DNA of 64,000 bases. Origin: the human T2T-CHM13v2.0 reference genome, Homo sapiens. Below, one piece after another: positions 1 through 12,679 of this stretch (position 1 is its first letter; each line of letters starts with the position of its first letter). The notes below the pieces were generated by a model. The model searched no databases. It was given only the letters and a program-made list of their open reading frames with translations, and was not told the DNA's origin. Both the position numbers and the translations under genes were made by a program. The stretch lies in the NCBI RefSeq assembly GCF_009914755.1, contig NC_060932.1, one strand, 5' to 3'.

Positions 1-203
<203 letters not shown>

Positions 204-295
204 CTAGTCCAGGGCCGGAGAGGCTGGCCTGCCCGCAGCGCAGACAGGAATGTCACCGTGGTCTCCCAGGCTGAATGACAAAAGTTCGTGGACTG

Positions 296-342
296 CCCCC
301 TCCCCGCCTATCCTCCACCCACGCGTACCGCCCCGTTCCCCC
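296..342 (-). promoter_or_regulatory. GC-box (Sp/KLF) and EGR-like motif cluster in the CYP7B1 proximal promoter
   Basis: Minus strand reads GGGGCGG (328-334), GCGTGGGTG (316-324) and GGCGGGGAGGGGG (296-308), about 200-240 nt upstream of the ATG. Confidence 0.65.
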
Positions 343-1451
343 ACCGTTTCCGACCCGGCAGCTTCTGGAAAACAGCGCCCTTGATCCTCCCGGGCAGGAA
401 GAAGGGCCAAGGAAGGGGTTAGAAGGGAAAGAGTTAGGATTTCCCAAGAACCAGCCCTGAAGGCCTGGAGGTGGGGGATTTCGCTTCTTAGTTGGACGGG
501 AGCCCCTTGGGTTCCTCACTTCTTAGCCCGCGCCCTGCGGGAGGAGCGACTCTGCTTGTCCCTCAAGATGCTTGTGAAGGTGCCCGCTGCGCTCTGACAC
601 CGGCGATCTCTTAGGTACGACCCAGCGGGGTTGGGCTGGCGGCAGAAACCGGCGGAGTGCGCGACCTCGAACCCGTTTCGCGCCCACCTCCTTCACCCCC
701 TTACATCCTATTTGCTCACAAGTTTTGGTTCAGGCCTGCTGTGTGCAGAGGCGCGTGCCAGAGACACGGAATACAAAGACCTAGGCCGTAAGCCTTTAGA
801 AGTCCCGATGAGGCACACAGTACAGGAAGAGAGTGAGACAGGTAAAAAGAGATTGCAGAACAGCGTGGTAGGGGACGAAAGAGAAGTGGTTCAAGTACTA
901 CAGGTTGTACTCAGAAAGAATAAGGGAGAAACTTTTAAAATACCTTTTTCTGAGTAATGACCATCCACTGGGTACTTTACCCACGTTTTTACTTTCTATT
1001 TTTAATGTGTATTTTATAGAAGACATAATGAGACTCAGATTAAGTAACTGAACTTGGTTGCTCACTTGATAAATGTTTACCATTCCCACTGATAAATATC
1101 GGCCGTTCTAACCACGGTCCTATTCGAGGACTTGTGTGCTCTGTCAATGCAACACTTCTCTGGAATGGGTACAGCAGCTTCAAAACCAATCTCTGGTTTT
1201 TTACCCTTCCAGTCCATCATCCCCATTTCCACCTCCCTAAAACACAGACCTCTCCAGCTTTTACTCTGTTCAAAACTCTTAATGGTTGTCTTTGTGACGA
1301 AGTCATATCCTCCACCTGCAATGAGAAGCCCTGCACAAATTGTCTTCATTGTACAACTCCCCTCGCCAGAACGGTTCCATATATATACTCAAGCTTGGGC
1401 CACCATGTCCCTCATACTCAGCCTGTTCACATTATTAACTTAAAAAATCCA

Positions 1452-2108
1452 TTGTAGTTTTGATTTGCATTTCTCTAATGATCAGTGTCATTGAGCTTTT
1501 TTTCATATGCTTGTTGGCCACATGTATTTTGGAAATCAGTGTGGTAGTTCCTCAAAGACAGAACTACCATAGGATCTGGCAATCCCATTACTGTGTATAT
1601 ACCCAAAGGAATATAAATCACTCTGTCATAAAGACACATGCACGCTTATGTTCATTGCAGCACTGTTCACAATAGCAAAGACATGGAATCAACCTAAATG
1701 TCCATCAGTGGTAGACTGCATAAAGAAAATGTGGTATATACACCATGAAATTCTATGCAGCCATAAAAAAGAATGAGATCATATCCTTTGCAGGAACATG
1801 GATGGAGCTGGGGGCCATTATCCTTAGCAACAGAAAAGCAAATACAGCATGTTCTCACTTATAAGTGGGAGCTAAATGATGAGAACACATGGACACATAG
1901 AGGGGAACAACGGATACTGGGGCCTGCTGGAGGGCAGAGTGGGTGAGGAGGGAGACGATCAGAAAAAATGACTAATAATTACTGGGCTTAATAGCTTGGT
2001 GATGAAATAATCTGTACAACAAACCCCCATGATGTGAATTTACCTATATAACAAACCTGCACATGTGTCCTAAACTTAAAAGTTAAATACATAAAATAAA
2101 AATAAAAA
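1452..2108 (+). mobile_element. 5'-truncated, 5'-inverted L1PA (about L1PA15/16) 3' end
   Basis: 1528-2108 is the sense ORF2 end and 3'UTR (GACATGGAATCAACCTAAATG; TGATGAAATAATCTGTACAACAAACCCCCATG) with an A-rich tail. 1452-1527 is an antisense piece of upstream L1 sequence (TTGATTTGCATTTCTCTAATGATCAGTG). Confidence 0.88.
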
Positions 2109-2129
2109 TTCACAATTTTTAAGTTTTGA

Positions 2130-2690
2130 AAAGGAGAGAGGAGACTTTATTTCTTCCAAAGGGTTACAGCCTGCAAGGTGGCCATCCAGGCAAAACTAGA
2201 GACAGGCCCTTCAAAGGAGGGCTTGGGGTGGGAGCTTTATGCTGAAGAGGTTGGCTAAACATATATATTTAACTGGTTACAGGAGGAGCTATGAATATTC
2301 ATGAAGGTGGTCCTGACACATGCCTATTGAACAAACATGCACGTAACATATGACCCATGTTCACTTTGGGGTGGCTACTTAACATTTAAATGTGCTACAG
2401 TTATGCTTTATATATCAAAAGATCATTTTACATACAAAGGTAGGTAAGTGTGTAATCTCTGTAAACTGGCAAAACCAGTCAATGGTCAGTGGTCTTCTTA
2501 ATCAGGAGAAAGTTACTGAAACCAGACTCTTGTCCAATCAAAGCTGTAGTTATGGCTTGTGGAACAGCAGGGTCAGTTAGCATCTGATGGTGGATGAGCT
2601 GTGACTTTTAATGTTGCAAATCCTGAGGCCAGTGCTTTTTTAGTTGCTAGAGTGAATAACCTTGTGGTGGTTAGAACATAGTATATATTT
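2130..2690 (-). mobile_element. ERV1-class solo LTR (MER57-like)
   Basis: The block GGAGCTATGAATATTCATGAAGGTGGTCCTGACACATGC...CATGTTCACTTTGGGGTGG and a minus-strand AATAAA near 2146 resemble MER57-group LTRs. Family name uncertain. Confidence 0.55.
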
Positions 2691-3074
2691 TAAGTTTTAC
2701 TGTCCATGGTTCTAAAGCTGTGAATGGCTAGATTAGCCCCAGAATCTTGATGTTTACGAGCCTCTTTGTCTTTGACTTCTATTCCAGAGTCTGTCTCCTG
2801 CCTCTCCTTTCTCCTGTTGTACATTGAATTTTCCAGGCAGTCCAAAATATTGCAGTAAACTGACAGCCACTCTGTCTCTTCCAAGAGAAAACAAATTGAG
2901 TGCTTTCCGTCACTGCTGGGACAGCAGAGCCAGTTTACAGGAGGGAGTCCATGCTGGGGCATTTCTGTAACCACTGCAGAGAGCCACTCACTGATTTTCA
3001 GAAGAAGTCTCAATCCTCATACTTCTGTTTTCCCCTAGATGACCTTTGTTTAAAAATATAATTAAAATACTAAG

Positions 3075-3230
3075 AATTCATTCTACTTACTGAACATTTA
3101 TTATTTGCCAGACACCATACCAAACATATTATTTTATCACATTAATAACAGCAAAAACCCATGGTTGATTGCCCTGCCTTAGAGAAGTGGAAGGAAGAAG
3201 CCTGCATAGTTATTTACCAGATTTGGTTTG
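3075..3230. mobile_element. MIR-like SINE relic
   Basis: Degenerate similarity to MIR (AACATTTATTATTTGCCAGACAC...). Confidence 0.35.
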
Positions 3231-3608
3231 CAACTGTATCATATTCCTATGTTATCTGCACAGTGGCTTACTTGGGACACTTTATTATATATATGCAATA
3301 CATCTTAAATATATATTTCTTTTGGGTTTTCCACTTTTATTAAAAGGGACCTTCGCTCTATAACCAGATTAAAACAATCTAAAGATACCTTTTATTTTTC
3401 TTTTACTTTCATGGTGGCTCATTATTAGCCTCATTATATTCAATCCAGTTCAATTCAGTTTTAACGCCAAAGTATACCATTATCCCCATCACCTCTCTGA
3501 CAGAGATTGCCGGTTGACCCTCCATATCTGCTCACCCCTTCCTCCTCAGTAACAGAGTCCTCCATTTTTAACTGAACAAATGCCAGTCCATCATAAAGAC
3601 TACTTCTA

Positions 3609-3788
3609 GTTAGCTGGGTGTGGTGGTGTACACCTGTAGTCCCAGCTACTTGGCTAATCAGGAGGCTGAAGCAGGAGGATCACTTTGAGCCCACCGAGGA
3701 CTTAGAGGCCACAGTGAGCTATCATCAGAGTACACTACTGTACACTCCAGCCTGAGCAACAGAGCAAGAAACCCTGTCTCTCTCAAAA
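3609..3788 (+). mobile_element. Old Alu right monomer (FRAM/AluJ-like)
   Basis: TTAGCTGGGTGTGGTGG...GGAGGATCACTTTGAGCCC...CTCCAGCCTGAGCAACAGAGCAAGA, followed by a (GAAG)n(GCAG)n tail. Confidence 0.85.
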
Positions 3789-3823
3789 GAAGGAAGGAAG
3801 GAAGGCAGGCAGGCAGGCAGGCG

Positions 3824-4113
3824 GGCAATATAGTGAAACTGTCTACTAAAAATACAAAAATTAGCTGGGCATGGTGGCACGCACCTATAGTTCCAGCTAC
3901 TCGGGAGGCTGAGGCAGGAGAATCGCTTGAACCTGGGAGGCAGAGGTTGTGGCGAGCCGAGATCACACTACTTCACTTCAGCCTAGGCAACAGAGCAAGA
4001 CTCTGTCTCAAAAAAAAAAAAAGAAAAGAAAAGAATGAGATGTCACTTCCTTCAAAAAGCTGGGACTAAACACATTAATATTGGATAAAAGAAAGTAAAA
4101 AGGCCACTCGAAG
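3824..4113 (+). repeat. Duplicated segment: 3' part of an Alu plus about 80 bp of unique flank, a copy of 4667-4963
   Basis: Both copies share the non-consensus GAGGTTGTGGCGAGCC and the post-tail flank GAATGAGATGTCACTTCCTTCAAAAAGCT...AAACACATTAATATTGGA(T/C)AAAAGAAAGTAAAAAGGCCACTC. Confidence 0.93.
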
Positions 4114-4563
4114 GAAGGAAGTAGGGAAGCAGGGAGGGAGGGAGGGGAAGGGAGTGGAGGGGAGGAAGAGGGTGACAGAAAGAAAGAGTAGGGGAAGTAA
4201 AGAAAGGGAGAGGGTGACAGATTGTACTTCAGTGACTCACTGCACTAGCCAAGTGACCCTCATCTACCAGGTGGCTGGAGTGATTAGCCTCTTTCTCTGT
4301 TCTTGTTCTAATCTAGCATTAGGACTTGAACTCTGGCTTTGGTTCCCCCCATGCCTTAACTTTTGATTCTCAAGAGCCTCTGTGGAAGTCAACAAAACCT
4401 GAATAATGACTATTTCCTCTTTCATTTCAACATGTACATCCTAATTCTGCCCAGATTTTGAAAATACTAATAAACTGGACTGAAACATTCAAGTCTACCT
4501 ACTTAATGACTTTTGTTAAGTGCAAATTATGTTCATGGCACTATACTTGGCCTATTGGACCTA

Positions 4564-4923
<360 letters not shown>

Positions 4924-6959
4924 TTAATATTGGACAAAAGAAAGTAAAAAGGCCACTCAAAGAAGATTGTGGAGTGACCATGGGGGAATTTAAGGATATG
5001 CACCCATATGGCCTCAATCTTGTGAGCTCCTGGGAAGCAAATGATGTGCTGGAGGGGAGGGTAGATTACAGGCTTCAGCTGTTAGGAAACATGGGAAAGT
5101 ACCACTGTGGAAAATACCAAAATGGAATTTCACACATTCTTTTTCCAGTATTGGGAAGTCCGTAAAGTCAGAATTGAGTGTCCAACACTGAAAGGTCCTA
5201 TCAACTTTTGACATAAAATACAGGTTAGGTTTAGGTTTTGAATCATATCAAAGCACAACCCCTCTATAACTAAAAAGATTGACTGCTGTTTATTTCTCTC
5301 CCATTCCCATGAGTTTTATTGTAACTAACTTTGATTTCCCATTACCTTCGGTTAGAATGAAGACCATCCCTGGGCAAAATTGCGAAGAAGTGGAAGGAAA
5401 GAAGAGAAAGAAGAAGAAAGGAATATAGGTACCTGTTTTACATACATTGTTTCATCTAATCTTCAAAACCAATCTCTGATGTAGCTATTATTATTCCTTT
5501 TTACATAAAAGAAAACCAAGACTTAAAAGAATTCCAGGACACCCGTGGTTATTCAGCTCTTACGTCCAACTGTGAAGTCACCCGTCGTTTTCACTGTACC
5601 ACCTTGCCCTCCTTAGAGTTTTCGTTCACTAACCCTTTACTTACCTGCTCAGTCATTCTTTCTTCCATCTTTATGGATCCAGTTATTACCTTAGGTTGTC
5701 CATAACCGCTCCCTGTGGAGACAATTGAGGCTCTGCCATGACCTTGGCCCTCCATGGCCCTTGTCTAGCTCTGACGCTGGTCTCAAGTTTTCCATCTGAA
5801 AAATGATTTAAGACTACTTTCCCTATAAGTTTATGAGGATTAAATTGTTAGGAGTAAATATATATGTGTGTGTATATATATATATATCACAATGAAAATG
5901 CCTGGGGCTTCCTTTTTTTCACAGTTGAGCACCTTCTGCTCCACTGGCAAAGGGTATAAGTAGAAGCAAGTTAATCAGACAAATTCAGCCCAGCTGAGGT
6001 GTTAGCTTATTGATATATTACTTCTGCCCAATTAAAATATAAAATAGGTGGCTTTCTTCTTTCCTTAAGGTGACTATTCAAACTGATTGTAGCTGAGATT
6101 GCAATAATCACATATACTGAGACTGCTATAAGCCCAAAAGTTATTGTTTAATTTGGCACATAGTAAATAGTGAGGCATCGTAGATGCAGGCACCAAACTT
6201 GACTAAAAATATCTTAAATCACAAATGCTTCCACTTATTCTGTCGTTCTTTACAATTTAAACGATTTTAGTTGTTTTCTCTTTGCTTTAGTTCTTCTTTC
6301 TCCTATAAAGACAGTTTGTAGTGCTGACCCAGCATGCAGTCTGGTACAGGACACATATAGACATGGCAGGCAAAAATCTTATTAAATAAATGCTGTTGAA
6401 TGAGCAAAGTGACACCCAACAATAGAGTGTAGTTCCATTTAAACCTTTTTTTAATAAAGTATAATTTTAGGTAAGACCTGAATATAATTATTTTGAAGCA
6501 GCTTCAAAAATGGTGGAACAGATGGCTCTGATTATCTCCAAGAGGAAGGAAAAGATTGGAGAGTTTTGTCATTTCTTGTTTAACAGTCTTGGCATTGCTT
6601 ATACACACTTGAGTTTTGAATACTGTGATTTATAAAATCACAATCCCGTGCTAAACCTCAGCTCATTCTCACAATCTGACCCTACTTCCCACGCCAAGTT
6701 TTGAGACTCACTCTCTGTCTCTGTCTCTAACTCACACTGGCTATTCCAACATTTCATTTTCCCACTAGCCTTGACCCTATATTTCTGGGGACAAAAAGCA
6801 CAAGACTCTCTCCCTGAGCATTCCTTTTAATGAGAACCATTCCCTCCTCCAGCCCCACTCCCCATCCACCTCTGTTCACTAAGGAAATGTTTTCCAGAGT
6901 CAAAAACATTAAAAAAAAAAAATTCGGCTAGGTCAGTACTCCGAGAAGCAAAGACCCCT

Positions 6960-7370
6960 GTTACAGTTCAGGTCCCAGGAAACAGACTCTGAGAGGGACA
7001 TTATCGTAAAAGAGTGTTTTAGGACAGGCTCATAGGATCAGCATCAGGCATGCTGATGGGAAGGAAACATGCAGAGAGAGAAGCTGAACTGGGACACAGT
7101 CTTACCAAAAGATTCAGCTGAGTCCTTGATAATATGTGGAACTCAGGTAGCCCTTAGAATTGTCCCAAGATGAGGTGCAGGGTTCAGGTCTTTAATGTCA
7201 CTGGTTCCAGACTGCCTGCAGGAAAGGAGAGGTGTCTACAAGTGATGGGGTTCTCTTTAGCTAAGAGTGAGTCCTGAAACAGCTGATGAGGCAATCCTAG
7301 AGCTTGGAGCAAAGGTTCTTCCATGCTGACAGAGAATCTGGGTGACAAAATAATAGTCAGTATCCACTAG
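6960..7370 (-). mobile_element. Ancient ERVL-class LTR (LTR16-like)
   Basis: GGAAACAGACTCTGAGA...GAGAAGCTGAACTG resembles antisense LTR16. Highly diverged. Confidence 0.45.
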
Positions 7371-9064
7371 GATGCTACAGAAATATGCTGGAGGCAAATA
7401 GCACATAGGTGGTGGAGGTGCTTGCACTCATCTTGGATTTGTAATATCTCAGAAGCAGAGAGGTTAGTGTTACTATAGGTGCTTTGCTAATGAGAGAAAC
7501 AACAATCCAAGATGAATAAAAGCAAATTAGCAAAATACCTATAGTAACATTAGCCTCTCTGCTTCTGAGAACACAGCAGTCACATTACTAGGTGATTCTA
7601 ATGTTAAAGAGAAATTTTTTTTTATGAGTCAGGTTTTATTATAATATTGCAACAAGGAAAGCCTCTAGGAGGTCAGTTCAAACATTTACTCTGATTACAA
7701 ACATAGGGAATACTACCTAAGTATTGTCAGAGTAACTAAAAGAACAATTTAAAATCATTCAACTCTTGCCTGACAGAGGACAATGAGGGAACATAACTAG
7801 TTTCTCCAAACAAATCAAAATCCCATAAAATTATATCAGAAAACTACTAAAGCATTTTTTTAGGAAGGTTACGCTTTTCCGTGAAGTAGGTATACATTTC
7901 ATTAAGCAAATGCTTTCTGCTGCAGAAGGGGCTTAGGACCATTTTTCCTTCACGCTAACATTTTACTTGCTCAGTCTACCATGGTGCCCTTGCCTGAAGT
8001 AGCTCCATCCTCTTAGCAGGGACTCCACGTGGGCCAGTTGCCACTTGGATTCACATTGGGCCCTTTCATACCCACACCCTTCTTTAAAGACTAGAAAAAC
8101 ACGACATGCTCTTTCTCTCCCCCTTCGTATCTGACTCCTCGTTTGTGAGCTCTGTTCCCAGCTTTCTCCCCACCCCCTGCTTTCCTTTCCAAAGCTCCAC
8201 TGGAAAATGGTCAAATTAATTCCCTCAGGATTTTCTAAGGCCTTTTATTTTCTCCTGCAGCTTTCTAATCACTAACATTTCCATGGTTATTCTCTTTCTC
8301 CTTTCTTCTCTGAAGTCTGGCATTTTTTCCACCAACAAAGATTGCTAAATTTTGACATTTATAAAAGCAATTCATAACACTAATTATACATATGCTGGAA
8401 GTTTTGAATATTCTGCTTTATGAACAAACATAGCACTAATGAATGAGAAAATTGATTTGTAATGATTCTGAAAAACAGTCTAATTGTCTGCTTGCCAGGG
8501 TTGCAATAGAACTAAGATGGGTATACACACACTTAACCCAGACATCAGCCAGGGGCTTCCTGGCACTTGCTTCTGCGTGTGCAGGATCTGTTTTGGCCCT
8601 TCAACAGCTGATAACCAAAAGGCAGCACTCTGTACCTTCACTTGTTTCTGCAAGAAACCCAAACACAGCAGGCACCAACATCTTTGTGGCAGATTTCTTG
8701 AGGGGGGTGGGGTCATATTGTACAGAACATGGGATCCCACTCAAAAAATTCTTGACATTTTATATCCTCCAGTCCTCTTAGGCCACATGGCAATAGGAAT
8801 TTTCTTATGCTTCCCTCTGACAAAGTCCAGCCTCTCTGGTTCCAGTGTCCCTCCAGAATTTTCCTCTGCAAACATCAAATACCTCCTGCCTTTATAATAC
8901 AAAGAAATTCAGCTCACATCTTTTATTTGAGTCAGGCTTTGGAGTTCCCCATGCTAAGTAGCTGTCAAAAATTTCTTCTGAACAAGGAGCATGGAATATT
9001 TTCAAAATATAGTCATCATCTTCAAAAGCAAAAAAAAAATTTAACTGACATAAATCATTTAATA

Positions 9065-9180
9065 TTTTTCTTTTCTTTTTAGAGACAAATTCTCTCCATG
9101 TTGTCCAGGCTGGTCTCCAACTCCTGGGTTCAAGTGATCCTCCCACCTCAGCCTCCTAAGTAGCTGGGACTATGCCTGGC
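9065..9180 (-). mobile_element. FLAM / Alu left monomer
   Basis: Antisense Alu motifs CCAGGCTGGTCTCCAACTCCTGGGTTCAAGTGATCCTCCCACCTCAGCCTCC, preceded by a T-rich tail. Confidence 0.85.
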
Positions 9181-9793
9181 TCATTTTCTCTTCTAGAAAT
9201 TTAAGTAGATACTTGGTTAAGTAGGGGAGAATGGTGTCCCCTCCAGCCTATTCTTAAAGATGTTCGAATGACAGTGACTAGTCAGTCAGAACATATATAA
9301 ATGGACAAATATCAACACATGTCCCTTCTGCATTTACAGGCACCTCAGAAACTTTCATTTCTAGACATTTCTTCACTTGCCCCTCTCCTTTTTACAGGCT
9401 GGATTCCTGGTCTAGAAAGGTACAAGGGCTAATTCAGAATTTCCTCTTCCTGCTTTTCAGAATTTCTTCTTCCTGCCTTTGGGTGTGCCAAGACCTCAAA
9501 ACCCCTTTCTCCTTTCCCATGTCTCTTTGTTTTTGCTACTTTTTTTTTTTTTATCAGTTCTGAGCAATCTGGACATCTGTTCCTTACCTAGATTCTTACT
9601 GCCAGGCTCAGCAAAACTCACAGCCCTCTAGCACTTACACAACCCCCGTGCCAAGACAAACATAATTGTTGTAAGGAGCCTTCCTAAACTCACACAGAAA
9701 TTGAAGTGAAGATTGGAATTCTACCCTCCTACTTTTCTCTGCAGCTCTGACTCAGGAGTCAGAACATAATTATTTTACAAATAAAAGTCTGAA

Positions 9794-10168
<375 letters not shown>

Positions 10169-10224
10169 TTATCTCACGTGACCCCTTGACAATCCAGTGA
10201 GCTGAGTATTATTTTCACTTTACA

Positions 10225-10350
10225 CATGTCCTTTGTAACGTCTGTGACAACAGGTACCATGTCTGTCTCTTTTCACCAATGTATACGTAATACTTTGCAG
10301 AGTTCATGGCACTTTGTAGATTATCAATAAATATTTGCTGAATGAATGAA
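10225..10350 (+). mobile_element. L2 3' end
   Basis: Characteristic terminus TCAATAAATATTTGCTGAATGAATGAA. Confidence 0.65.
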
Positions 10351-11279
10351 AATTAGAAAACTGATATTTAAAAAAATGAAATGAAATTAATATTTATTGA
10401 ATACCTACTCCGTGCTGATCGCCGAGCTAAATATTCTCATCTATATTTTATCTGAACAATAGTCCAATGAACTTGACCAAGTTCCCGAACTAGTTAGTGC
10501 AAGCAAATGATTTCTAATTTATTGGTATGAATATTAGTTGCATTTTTCTACTGTATGTGTATAACTCATTATATATAATACATTACTAGATCCTTCCTAT
10601 TGAAGCTTACCTTGCAATTTAGCTCGTTTCTAACAGATATCTCTAGATGTTGGGTCAGTATCTATATACAATATTAAAGTTTTAATTTGAAGAAAACATC
10701 CTGGATACAAAACTTCAGGAAGGTATTTATTTTAGAAACAAATCATCTCAATTGTGTCTATTAGGGACCTCATTTTGACAGTTTCAATTGTGTTTGCTGT
10801 AAGGATTTATCAGTGTATTGAGGGAAAAATGGATGGGACTTCCATGAGTCCACTTAGATAAGAGATTTGGGGCCACATGAAATACGTAAGCTTGTTCAGA
10901 GGATAAAGAGTCAGTGTGAGAGAGAAAAGATAATTTTAGATGAGTAGCCATTAATTTTTCCTATGATTCTACCACTCTTTTCTCTCTTTTACTTCCTTTA
11001 AAATTTGAAACTTTGGAAAGTAAAGGCTACTAAAGAAAGAAAAAATGATTTTGCTAAAATTTCTCTAAGATAGTGGAAGCACAAGGCAGTATCATTTTGT
11101 GGCCCATGTATTCACATATAATTAGAAGCAGAGTAGGAGCATATTTCTTGTTTTATGAAGCAGCATCCTAGGAGCCTTAAAGGACTCAGGGGACCAATGT
11201 CTGGAGAAGGAACTAGACTTCTTCAATGTAACCAGAAGCAATAACACAATTCCATAGTGCTGGACTCACTGTTCGTTTT

Positions 11280-12490
11280 TCAGCCCATGTCGTACTTGCC
11301 CTTTCAGCAGCACTCTCACTTTCTTTGAATACTTTCTTCTCTGGGTTCCCATGAATGTCCTCTTACTTCTCTGGTTGCTTCTTGGTCCCCTTGGGCAGTT
11401 CTTCCTCTACTTGGCCACTAAATGTCAAAGGGCTCAATCCCAGAGGCCAGAGGCTCCTCTCTTTTTACTACAAACTCTAAACAGGTAAACTTTGTGCTTT
11501 AAACATTATGTCTATGGAATAGCTCCTAAATGTGTTGGCTGCAGATTTCTTTAAGATGCAGCCCCCCATCACATGTCTTTTAAACAGCCCACATGGTTGT
11601 TTTATAAGCACCTGGAACTTAGCAAGTCCAAACAACTCTTAACCATAGCTAACACATCTGCTCTTTTTCCTAAAGCATCACCATCCATCCAGTGGCCCAT
11701 GCTCAAAACTGAGGCGCCAGCTTTGGTTCTAAGTCATTTAACTACTCTGTTAAAACCCATCTTAAATCTGTCTCCTCCTATTCTCTACAGCCATCACTTA
11801 GTCCAAGACAGCATCATCCACCATTCATCTGCATGTCCTCAGATTTTCCCTTGCCTCATTCATCCATTCATTGTCCACACTACAACCATAGTGATGATTT
11901 TTAAAAAATACAAATTGAATCAAGTTACTACAATATTTTAAGTCCCTACAATAGTATCACATTGTTTTTTGAATAAAATGCAAACTTCTTAACCTTCAAG
12001 CTTACATGGTCCTCAGTGACTAGACCCTAGCCTCATCTCTCCCCATCAACTCTGATCTCATTCCAATATAGACTGCAATTTGGTTCAGTGAATGAACCTG
12101 GTTCTCTTTCAGCCTTTACAGATAATCCTTCTTACACCTGCTTTCTGACATCTATACCTCCTTGGACTAGCTAAATTCTAAATCTCCCTCTGAACTGAAA
12201 TTAAGCATCATTTACTTAGGAAAGTGGTTTCTAATTCCCCAGTCTAGGTCAGTACAACCTATTCTTTGCCTACTCAGCATATTAACTTCCCCTTGATAGT
12301 ACTTATGACATTATCATTAAATAATAATTCACTGTAATGAGTTGTTGAAAGCCTCTCCACCAGAATGTCAACGTGTGAAGGTAGAGATTTTGCCTACTTC
12401 ACTGCTGTAAACTCGCACAAGTTCTTTAACATAGTTGGTGCTTAACACGTATTTGTTGAGTAGATCAATCAATCGATCAATCAATCAGTA
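11280..12490 (+). mobile_element. L2 LINE relic
   Basis: CT-rich L2-like body ending CATAGTTGGTGCTTAACACGTATTTGTTGAGT. Confidence 0.65.
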
Positions 12491-12679
12491 ATACAATAGA
12501 TAAATAAGCGAAGCCATTCAATATGTAGTAATCATTTCATGTGTGCCATTTACTGTTCTAAGGTCTTTCATGCATTTTTTTTTTCATTTAAACATCACAA
12601 CAGCCCTGTGGAGTAGGTACTTTTGTAATCTGTATTTTATATATGAGAAAACAGGTTTAGGAAGATTAATAACATGCAG

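Noticed and set aside
9433-9478. 23-bp imperfect tandem repeat, and a 21-bp inverted repeat at 16061-16081
   Set aside because: Ordinary slippage or chance features with no supporting context.
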